DNA from: the human T2T-CHM13v2.0 reference genome, Homo sapiens
Reading direction: 5' to 3' (one strand)
Assembly: GCF_009914755.1 (NCBI RefSeq)
Contig: NC_060931.1
DNA: 64,000 nt
Positions 53,846-64,000 of this stretch are shown here, piece after piece. The notes under the pieces are model-generated. The model was not told the DNA's origin, did not search any database, and saw only the letters and a program-made list of their open reading frames with translations. The position numbers and the translations under genes are program-made. Numbering within the stretch: position 1 is the first letter of the stretch; every line of letters starts with the position of its first letter.

Positions 53846-55896
53846 AATTCATCAACAATTGTTGACCTCAGAATATAAGCCAAACAAAGCAGCTTTCTTT
53901 CACAATTTTCCCTCATGAAGGCTTTGTAGGAAACCTGAGGCAAAGTTTGACCAATTGCCTTTTCTACAAATGGACTGCTGGTCTAACAGACTACAAACTT
54001 TTGATATGTAAAACTTTATTCCATATAGTGTTGATTTTTGTATATGGATACTAACCGAACCTTTAAAAATTATAATTTTATTTATGAATATCAATTCTCA
54101 TTTTATTTTATATTCTTGCTATTGTTGGTATAAGATAATAATATTGTTTGTGTGTGTGTCCATGCACAAATTGATCATTTTTTTCTGTCAACCCTCCTTA
54201 AATCTCTTATAAGTTCTCTAATATTTATTGAATAAATAAGCCTGTGTTGGGTGTAATATATGTGAGTGTTTTACTATCTTCATATATCTCTCTAAATCCT
54301 AGACACTAGACTTTTTAGAAAACTGTTAAGTACAGAATCTGCTGACCTTCACCCAAGAAGTTAGTGTCTTTTATATTTGCTGCAGTAAACTACACATTTC
54401 CCTGTTAGAGAAATGAGATCATTTTGATTGCATTATTCTTATTTGCTCCTCTCAATCTGGCTTAGGTAATTTTTATGGGAAATCATCAAAAGGCAGCAAA
54501 TTATTTTAATGATACTTGTGGATTTCTAATAACAGATATGTATTTAAAATTCCAAAATCTTAATTCTGCTAGGACACTGGTTTTTCTAGAATTGCTCCTT
54601 AACTAAATCCTTTCCCAAAGCAAAAAGACCTCAAAAGCCTTGCAAATCTTCAAAGGTTCATCCCTGTTAAGGTAAAGAATTTCATGGCATTGCAATTCTT
54701 TATGTCTCAGTAGGGTATTTTCCAATAACATCTCATCAGGAGACATTTCATGACTACTTCATTGTCTCACCTGATCAAGAGGGATTCTCTTTACTTCTGT
54801 ATAATAACAACATGAAGTCTAGAGTGTGAGTGTCTTTGACTCACCAGTAGTGTATCATATTAATGAAACAAGCAGTTCACTATTTTTCCTGGACCATTTT
54901 TTAACTCTTATCTCTTATGTGTGATCTATGTCTGCTTAGTACATTTGAGTGGAGCCACTTCAAAGATAGTTCATCTCTCCCTCGGGAAAAAAAAAGGGTA
55001 AAGTGTCTCAGAATTTTTTTCTGAGGGTAAAATCAGCAAAGTATAATACAATGCAATACACTGATGTCATCAGAATCCATACATAGCCATTTGCAGCATT
55101 TACTTTCAGCTACCAAGGAAACATAGAATCAGGCTATTCAATGGTAATTTCTGGAAAAAAATTAACTTAATAACCCTTGAATTATGGAGTAAAATTTGAT
55201 TGTTTCATGAGTAAAAGGACTAGATTTACTTCCATTTAGATATATAGTGACTTATAATAACTAAAAACTTACAGAATATCACATTAAAAAATCTTAAAAT
55301 TATGGTTTTTATTTCAAGATTAAATGTGGACTGCAGTTAATATGTAGCTGTGTATATAGTATCTAAGTATGCTATAAAGTAATTTTCAAAATAAGAAAAT
55401 CATTAATTTATGAAGACATTACTACCCATAAAATACTTTTCATATACATGTACTAAACATCCAGAAATGTAAATATGAATTTCAGAGTCTGTTTTTTCTT
55501 TTTTCTTAGCAAAATATTATTTCATGGAACATTTTTTAATCACATTTTTCCTCCTTTCCTATTCTCTCTAAACTACCTATCACATAGCCTCTTCCTCTAT
55601 CCTCTTTTGAAAGTCATTTTGCTGGGATCTCAATTACCTCTTAATTGCCCAGTCTAGAGAAGACAGTGCATTTAATGTCTTCTAAGACCTCTCAGTTGCA
55701 TTGCATATTTTTGACCTTACGCTCATTATTGCAATTCTTCTTTGCTTTCTGGGACACAATGTTTTGCTTATACACATGCCACCACCCTGAAATTCTGTGC
55801 TTGGCTTTCTTCTCACTTATATTCTCTCTCTGAGTCATTTCATCTATTTCTATAACATCAAATACTCTTTACAGGCAGAATTCTACTAAGTCTATA

Positions 55897-56392
55897 CAGT
55901 TGGCCCTTGAACAATATGGGTTTGAACTGCACAGGTCCACTTATATGCAAATTTTTGTCAATAAAATATACACTGAGTGTGCCTGCCTCTCTCTAATGCC
56001 TCCTCTCCATCTCCTCCACCTCTTCTGTCTCTACCACCAGAGACAGCATGATCAAACCCTCCTTTTCCCCCACCTCCTCAGCCTACTCAGCATGAAGATA
56101 AAGGATGAAGACATTTTTGATGATCTACTTCCATACAATGAATAGTAAATATATTTTCTCTTCCTTTTGATTTTCTTAATAACATTTTTTCTATAGCTTA
56201 CTTTATTATAAGACCATAGTATATAATGTATACAACATAAAAATATGTGCCAATTGACTCATGTTATCAGCAAGGCTGTGGTCAACAGTAGGATACTAAT
56301 AGTTAGATTTTAAAGGAGTCAAAATTTGTACATAGATTTTTGGCTATGTGGGTGTCAGCACCCCTCACTCCCATGTTGATCAAGGTCAACTG
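55897..56392 (+). mobile_element. Tigger2a/MER28-type DNA transposon
   Basis: TIRs cagttggcccttgaacaa / ttgatcaaggtcaactg; TA TSD at 55895-96 and 56393-94. Confidence 0.88.
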
Positions 56393-57859
56393 TATTTTCA
56401 CTGCAGAACTATTATCTGAATTCTGGACTATTATTATCAACTCTGGTTCTGGGCATCATATGCATCACATGCTGAACTCATAAGCTCTACTCCATAAGCA
56501 TTTATTTACCTACTCTGACCTGTTTTAGTTAGAAGAACCATTTTTTTCTGTTATATTCTTAAGTCTGAACCTTTCATGTTCCAGATTTAGATTTCACTAT
56601 CAAATTCTATTTATATGGAGTATATCTTGTCTATTTTACTCCATATTTCTCATTCAGTCTGCTTATTAGCCACCTAACTAGTGTGTTGTTCTTTATTTTT
56701 ATGCAGTCCATTCTTCACAATTTTAGTAGAATAATCTTTCAAATATTAAATAAGTACTTCAACTTAAATTGATTTGGTATACAAAATAAAATAATTGGTT
56801 TTTGTAAAATTGCAAGATAGTTACTCAAAATCTAGCAAATATTTCTTATTGCATTTGTGATGTCTATATAATTGTATAATCAATTCTTATACACAATTGA
56901 GTCTCTTTCTGGGCAATCCTTTCCAATCCATTGTTATTGTTGCTGATTTGTGGACTATGCTACTCTATATTATGTATTATGCCTTTATGATTTAGTCAGA
57001 TATTTTAAAAATCCATATTCTTCACAATAGTCTTTTATTTATAAATTACTTTTTATATAGTCACCTATTGATCTTTTTTCAAATAATTTTGTGACTCCCC
57101 CAAAATTTCATTTGAATTGCATTGGAGCTATGGTATAATATTGGGAGAACTGATTATTTTTGTGTATCATTGCTTTTGAATAATATGATATACCAACCCA
57201 TTTATTCTCTCAAAGTGTTATATCCCTAAATTAAAAAAAAGTTGTTTCTTTATAGATTTCAAACAGGGAATTAGAAAGAGGATTGAAAGATCCCTTTTTA
57301 CCACTTTATTTTTCAAGGCAAAATTGTGGCAAGAATATTCCCTTCTAACAATTTTATATAATTTAGGATTGGAACCAGAAAGTTAGTCATTCATTCTTAC
57401 CTCTCCTCTCTAAAGCACAACTAATTATCTGTGACTTATTGAAGTCACTCTTCCCTGAACATCTAAAGAGAGTGATTTAAGGTCACATTTGGGCAGAGAT
57501 AGCTGAAAGTCCATTACAATTTGGTATTTAATAAAAAAATGTGACCTTAATTTGTAGTCACAACTGGTGGAGTGGGGATATTATAACTGCAATTTAATTT
57601 ATGACAAGATGGAACTGTAAAACATATTTTCTTTATTGTCTGCTATGTTTATATAGTCCAAGAGATGATCCATGTCTCTGATGGAGTCAAGCTAACAAAA
57701 CGAAATAAAAGACTAGTCTTTAAAGTAGAACGATAAATTATTATTTTAAAATAGCATGTATCAACTTCTAGTGGTCATAGTTGCCAAATAAAAGTAGTAA
57801 TATTAGTAATAATGGCTCTTATTTATTAAAAAATACTCTGTTCCACGCACAGAGGGAGT

Positions 57860-58100
57860 ATAATAAGCCTTACGTTTCAGAGTTTAGGCTCTGTTAAACT
57901 TTTTAAGTTCAACCTTGGCTCTTTCAATTAATCAGTCTATTTCTTGGGGCATATAACTTAACCTCCAAGTGCCTTAGTTTTATCATTTTGAAGCACTTTA
58001 AAATGCCTAAGATAGCTGTTGTGGTGATGAAATGATATATGTAATGAACTTAGCATAGTGCCTGACACATACTAAATGATCAATGCATGTTAGGTATTAC
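57860..58100 (+). mobile_element. MIR
   Basis: cttaacctccaagtgccttagttttatcat...cttagcatagtgcctgacacatactaaatgatcaat. Confidence 0.75.
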
Positions 58101-58389
58101 TTAGATAACAAGGATAATATTCTGAAAGTATTAAATCTATTAATTTAATCTAATTTAATTCTTATGTTCATTTAAGTTATATTTTCCTGCATTCTTGCTG
58201 TTGTTAAGACTAAAATATGAGACTTATCATCCAAAATAATTTTCTTTTTTACCACTCTTGACTCTCAAAACTCCCTTGAAATAATAAACCCAGGCTTTAT
58301 TGAGGGAAAAAATATATTTTTGCATTTTCTTACAAACTAAAAGACAGTTCTAGTGTGCTCAGGTCACCAAACTTTTATAATACTATAAG

Positions 58390-59307
58390 TGAAAGGAAAA
58401 GAGACCTCAGGATATGACATGGGAGAAAGGAGAAGGTATACTCAGGATTGAGAGAATAAAGAAAAGGTTGGGCAAGAGGTCCTATTTGAGAGCTAGGGAT
58501 GGTAGAAATCCCAAATGAGTTGAGAGTGAAGCCCAAAGCAGAAGGTCTTAGACCTGGTTGTCTGCCTGGAACTGTGGGTAGAGGCCACTAAATACGTGTC
58601 TCTGAGCTAGGAAAAAAAATAACAGTTTAGTGAGTTTAGAGAATCATAAACAGAGTACCTGGTTCTCTTTTGGGTGTTAGGTTTTGAGAACCCAGAAATT
58701 CTAGCATACTCTCAGAATTGAAGCAAGGAGTTGAAAGTTAGTGGAGCTGTCCTAGGACCATAAAGGTAAAAGGCTGGGGAGACTTTCCAGGAGAGCCCAT
58801 GAGGTGGATTAGTCTTTATGGAGGTTACAACTGATAGTAAATGCACAGCTTATGATACCTTGGGTGGGACTTATTCATTAAAGCGGGGATTTCCCTAGGG
58901 ACGAGACTGAAAGCTGAACATGCTGTTGACCTCAACTGGCATGGACATTTGCTACCAGAATGTCCACTGAGCAAGAATCACTGGAACTACCACTGTTGAT
59001 TTAGAGGGTGGTACAAACACCTACATTTATGTCAGTTGCTCCTTTAGCCACCACCAGAGAAATAACTATGCCATATGGGGGTAAAAATATAAATAACTCA
59101 AAAAGACTAATTTTTAGTGAAAGCATTCCAGTTCATTCAAAAGAAACTGAATTAATATTAGTTGACTAAATTTGTACTAATCATATCTCATTCCACCATC
59201 CACAAAAATGGGGACTTCATGGGAATCTGAAAATAGTATTAGAAAGTAAAGAATTATACTCTTTTCCCCCATTTAAGGCATGAAGTGTATGTGTTGACAC
59301 CCAACAC
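58390..59307 (+). mobile_element. Ancient LTR (LTR78/79-like), tentative
   Basis: Purine-rich body; 3' part gttgactaaattt...aaaatggggact...agaaagtaaag...cacccaaca resembles LTR78/79 ends. Confidence 0.4.
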
Positions 59308-59896
59308 ATTAGCATTATCTTATTAAGATATCTTATGAAACAACTACTTTTCCCTCCTCTATTTTGACAATTTAAAAAACCCAAAACCAAAAAACAAAGC
59401 TAATTGAAACACAAAATGTGTATATGGGCGAGCCAAGAACAAAACCAAGGAGTTTATTGCCACAATCTGTGTGCCTAGGTGCTATTGTGCCATACAGGGC
59501 TGCCATCAGATACCATATCTAGATTGTCTTTGTACCTTTCCACTATAGAGTTCTTTGGTTACTCTCTCACAGTGTCATCACCATAGTATGTTTCTTACTC
59601 TGAACCATCTCACCATATTCCTCCCCCTCAAAGTCTTTTCTTTGGAACTCTCATGTTATGGCTAACAACTATTGGTCATCCTCTACTTTTTCACTGAACA
59701 TTCACTCTACCTTGAAGTTTTAAATAAAATCTGACTATTTCCTTAGTGTCCCCTTGATGCTGTTCTTCCTCCAACATCATAGTACCTGAGGGCTGGGGAG
59801 TGGTCAGGGTCAGATCCACCTTCATTATTAAAAATTTCAGGTCACTATTCCTTTATCTTCATGTTAAAATTTTGTTCCCTTAAAGTTTATGATTTT

Positions 59897-60015
59897 CAGT
59901 GATTCTCAACCTTCACCATTCATCAGAATCATTTTGTTAAAAGAGACAGTAGATGTGGGCTGAGATCTAAGAATTTGAATTTTCTAACAAGTTGCCATGT
60001 GATGCTAATGCTGCT
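59897..60015 (+). mobile_element. MER5A fragment
   Basis: cagtgattctcaacctt...catcagaatca...gaatttgaattttctaacaagttgccatgtgatgctaatgctgct. Confidence 0.7.
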
Positions 60016-61129
60016 TCACAGTTACATGTATATCATTTTAGATCTAAATAGTAATAATAACATCTATAGAGATTTTAGAGGTGCTGTTTAATCTTGAATT
60101 GAATAGAATTATCTCAGCAATTCTTTCCTTGTTATTAAAACCTGAAACAATCTTTTAATTTTTGCAGAAATTTCTACTTCTTAATTCTACTAGATATTAA
60201 TTCGATGAATTTTAATGCTACCCATATATATAACTTTGTATTTTTTTCATATATTAGAAAGGAACATGAGTAGCAATTATAAAATGCTTTATGTGAGCAA
60301 ATCAGGTAATTCATGATTAGAACAGTTATACACTGATGTAAAATTATCCTGTTTCAGAAGAATTTCTGCAGTGTATTCTCCTAGGTTTCATACTGAATTT
60401 CAGTCTTTACAAAACCTTCTAAAAGACCACAGTGTTCCTTTTTTTCCCTGGTGTTTTATATTATTTATGGTAATATTTTATGAAGAATAGTATTTTCTCT
60501 TTTCCATTAATATTTATATGTCCATTATCAGCCTTTTGCAACTCTCAATATATGTAATCTCAATAATTATACAATGAATGAAACCGGCAAACAACCTCCA
60601 TGCTTTGGATTGCTTTGCAATTTTCTTTTCAATTTATCGTTTAGGTACACAAATAAATTAACGCTAACAGCTTGTGTCAAGGATAGCATATATTAATATG
60701 ACAATTCTAATTAAAACTGTGAGTTGACTCTCAGTTATTTTAAATGTCAAATGACAGGCAAAACACTGTTTTCTAGATAAATACAACACATATCTAAAAG
60801 ACAGTTTAAAGCACAAGTGTCAGCAATGGTAAAAACAATGTTTGTAACCAAAAGACAGAGAACAAGATTATCTATACGTTATTTAGGAAATACTGACAGA
60901 ACAAGATTAAAACCAATGGGGGAATAAAGAATACTTCTTATCCTCCATTATTTGAGTCCTTTGAAAATGAGTGATCCCCATTCCTTTGTGTAAAACTACA
61001 TTCTTTTAATTCACATATATTATGGGTCTAGATAATTTAATGTTAAATCCTATGGTTGTTGTGATTATACATATAACATTGAAATAAACATAACCAAGAT
61101 GAAAACCCTGATTTTCTTATCCAGGCATG

Positions 61130-61545
61130 TTTTGTTGTGGAGAATGGAAACAAGTTTGAATTAACTTATTTAAAATAAGTTATATTTTAGTGGTATCAGT
61201 AAACTCAGGGAAACATAGGAGAGTATCATGGGAACTTGAAATTCTTTATAAAGCTACTTAGCCTTTCTGGGCACAAATTCTCATATTTTCTCTTTCTGCC
61301 TGTTGGCTTGATTCCCCTGCCTCTCTCTGTGGCCCAGCTCTCTGTGCTTACATATCACTGCATTCTTGGCTTATCAGGGCTAACCCATGGCAGCTTCAGT
61401 TTCTAGTCTGTCAAAGCTTTCACCTCAGCTCCACACATTTGAGTAACTCATTCTGTTTCTCAAATGGAAATTGCCAGAAGAGAAACTGAGCAGCTGATTT
61501 TGAATCAGATACCTAACTCCAGTTAAAGTTTGGTCACTATGTAAG
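61130..61545 (-). mobile_element. Old MLT1 (J/K/L-like) LTR, tentative
   Basis: ttctctttctgcctgttggcttgattc...catggcagc...ttgaatcagatacctaactcc. Confidence 0.4.
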
Positions 61546-62059
61546 TGCAATATTCTAAATCTTTTCTTTCTACCTCAAAAAAACAGAAAAAAGTCCAGAT
61601 TCCTTAAAATGTGTAGAATCCATATAAATCACATTCCTCCACTGTTCTTAGTGATTAGATATTTGTACATTGTTATTATTATATATTTACCATTAGTATT
61701 CTCAAAAGTGGTTTCGAAAGTGCCATGCAGCCCGGCTGAGAATGCTTGTGGACTTTCACTTTCTTGATGCTTCCAGCTTTTCATCCATTCTCATTCTAAG
61801 TTAATGACTATTTCTTACATGTCATAGATAAATGCACAAGAGGGAATTTTTCCATCTTCAGAACACTATACATATACCTACCTGCATCTACATCTATTCT
61901 TTCCTTCTTCCCTCTTGCTATGAAGGAGTAATAAAAATTTCTCCTCCCAAAGCTCCAATACACTTTCATTTACCCTCTTCAAATTTCTCAGGGATCTTAT
62001 ATCTCAGCCACCTCTGTGATGAATATTCCTTATCAGAATTCACACATATTTCCATTTCC

Positions 62060-63313
62060 ATTTATTTACTTATTCTAACTTGTATTTGAAGTTCGAGAGT
62101 ACATGTGCAGGTTTGTAACATAGGTAAACATGTGTCATGGGGGTTTATTGTGCAGATTATTTCATCAGTTATGTATTAAGACTAGTATCCACTAGTTATT
62201 TTTCCTGATTCTCTCCCTCCTCCCAACCTTCACCTTCCAATAGGCCCCAGTGTGTATTATTCTCCTCCGTGTCTATGTGTTCTCATCATTTAGCTCCTAC
62301 TTATAAGGAAGAACATGCAGTATTTGTTTTTCTGTTCTTGGGTTAGTTGGCTAAGGATAAAGGCCTCCAGCTCCATCCATGTCCCATGGATGAAGAATGA
62401 GATCATGAGGACATGATCTCATTCTTTTTTATGGCTGCATAGTGTTCCATGGTGTATATGTACCACATTTTCTTTATCCAGTCTATCATTGATTGTCATT
62501 TAGGTTGATTTCATGTCCTTGCTATTGTGAATAGTGTTGCAATGAACATAACGTGTGCATGCATGTGTCTTTATAATAGAATAATTTGTATTCTTTTGGA
62601 TATATAGCCAGTAACGGGATTGCTGAGTTGAATAGTATTTCTGTCTTTAGGTCTTTGAGGAACCACCATGCTCTCTTCCACAATGGTTAAACTAATTTAC
62701 ACTTCTACCAACAGTGGATAAGAGTTCATTTTTCTCCACAACCTCATCAGCATCTGTTATTTTTTTAGTTTTTAATAATAGCCATTCTGACTGGTGCGAG
62801 ATGGTATCTCAGTGTGGTTTTGATTTGCGTTTCTTTAATGATCAGTGATATTGGGTTTTTTCCATATACTTGCTGGCCGCATGCATGTCTTCTTTGGAAA
62901 AGTGTCTCTTTATGTTCTTTGCCCACTTTTTACTGGAGTTGTTTGTTTTTTCTTGTAAATTTGTTAAGTTCCTTATAGATGCTGGATTTTAGACCTTGGT
63001 CAGATGCATAGTTTGCAAAATTTTTCTCCCATTCTGTAGGTTGTCCGTTCACTCTGTTGATAGTTTCTTTTGCTGTGCAGAAGTGCTTTAGTATAATTAG
63101 ATCCCATTTGTCAACGTTTGCTTTTGTTGCAATTGCTTTTGGCATCTTCATCATGAAATCTTTGCCTGTGCCTGTGTCCTGAATGGTATTGCCTAGGTGG
63201 TCTTCCAGGGTATTTATAGTTTTGGGTTTTACATTGAAGTCTCTCATCCATCTCGAGTTAGTTTTTGTATAAGATGTAAGGAAGTGGTTCAGTTTCAATC
63301 TTCTGCATATAGC
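62060..63313 (-). mobile_element. L1PA11/13-like ORF2 C-terminus plus 3' UTR
   Basis: ORF 62930..63331 [21 protein letters not shown]...[16 protein letters not shown] is L1 ORF2; 3' UTR gtacatgtgcaggtttg. Confidence 0.92.
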
Positions 63314-63339
63314 AAATAATCTCCAAACCACACAATCCT

Positions 63340-63864
63340 TCCAAATGTTGTCTTTTTTACATATTCGTCCTTTACAGTTAAGAGTCCTTGAAATATTTTC
63401 CTACAGTTTTAGATGTTTCATTCTTTGTTTCTCATTCACTTTTCAGCCCACTGTAATCTGATTTGTTTACCTACCATTTCACAAAAAACAGTCCTTGCTA
63501 AATAACTGATAATATCCGTGTTGCTTAAAATAGTAAACACTATTCACTATTAACTTTACTTGACATTTGGCAAGCATTTGACATTATTGGCATTTCCATT
63601 ATTTTTAAACATAATCTTATCTTGGTTTCTATGGTGATGCATTCTTCTCATTTTCCTTCTACTTTTCTGGCCTTTCCTGGTTAGCCTTTATTTATGTCTC
63701 ATTTTCTTTTTCCACATATTATACTTCTTACAATATGGTCTTGGATCTTCATCTTTTATTTGTCTCCACTATTTAAAAGTGATCCTAACCATTTGCAGAT
63801 CTTAAAATAATACTTAACTGCTAAAATCCCAAGGTATATTTGTACTCCAGAATTCTCTTCTGTG

Positions 63865-63902
<38 letters not shown>

Positions 63903-64000
63903 CTCACGTACATACACAGACATAAATGTGTACGTGAAATCTCCCCTCCTATGTTTAACAGGAACTTTTCAAGCACAGCACTTCCGAAACAAAAAATATT
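63340..64000 (+). mobile_element. L2 ORF2 (RT) fragment, probably continuous with L2 at ~61790-62050
   Basis: cagcccactgtaatctgatttg...tttacttgacatttggcaagcatttgaca...cttggtttctatgg. Confidence 0.65.
63866..63901. repeat. (CA)18 microsatellite
   Basis: Read directly. Confidence 0.97.

Noticed and set aside
61162-61182. 10-bp-arm palindrome taacttattt-a-aaataagtta
   Set aside because: Nearly all A/T; plausible by chance in 64 kb of AT-rich DNA.
62930-63331. Longest ORF (133 aa)
   Set aside because: L1 ORF2 fragment of a 5'-truncated L1PA; not a gene.

Overview
Primate DNA, most likely human or ape because AluY copies are present. The window is AT-rich and dominated by repeats, and reads as intergenic or deep-intronic. 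I found no credible protein-coding exon, RNA gene, CpG island or CRISPR array. The supplied ORFs are repeat-derived (Alu, L1 ORF2, MaLR-int, low complexity) or chance. Transposons present: Alu (J, Y, FRAM-like), L1 (PA/MA/MB/MC), L2, MIR, MaLR (a full-length THE1C provirus, THE1D, MLT1), ERVL (MLT2A1, LTR40, LTR16, an ERVL pol remnant), ERV1 LTRs (MER50-like, MER67-like), HERV-K solo LTRs (LTR3A, MER11A) and DNA transposons (MER58A, MER8, Tigger2a, MER45A, MER94, MER5A). Many insertions have readable target-site duplications (TSDs). Three observations go beyond routine annotation. (1) Several inverted, locally templated insertions: 116 bp at 8631-8746 copied from 9572-9685, 50 bp at 40227-40276 copied from 41043-41092, and fold-back micro-insertions at 62385-62407 and 22349-22365. 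(2) A very decayed class I (gamma/epsilon-like) ERV pro-pol fossil on the minus strand at ~44480-48200. Its PR-RT-RNaseH-IN motifs are still readable, it is split by MER11A and MER45A, and it lies next to a class III ERVL pol fossil. (3) A hairpin-unit minisatellite that arose inside an L1MC1. Subfamily names come from my recall of consensus sequences, not from a database search.
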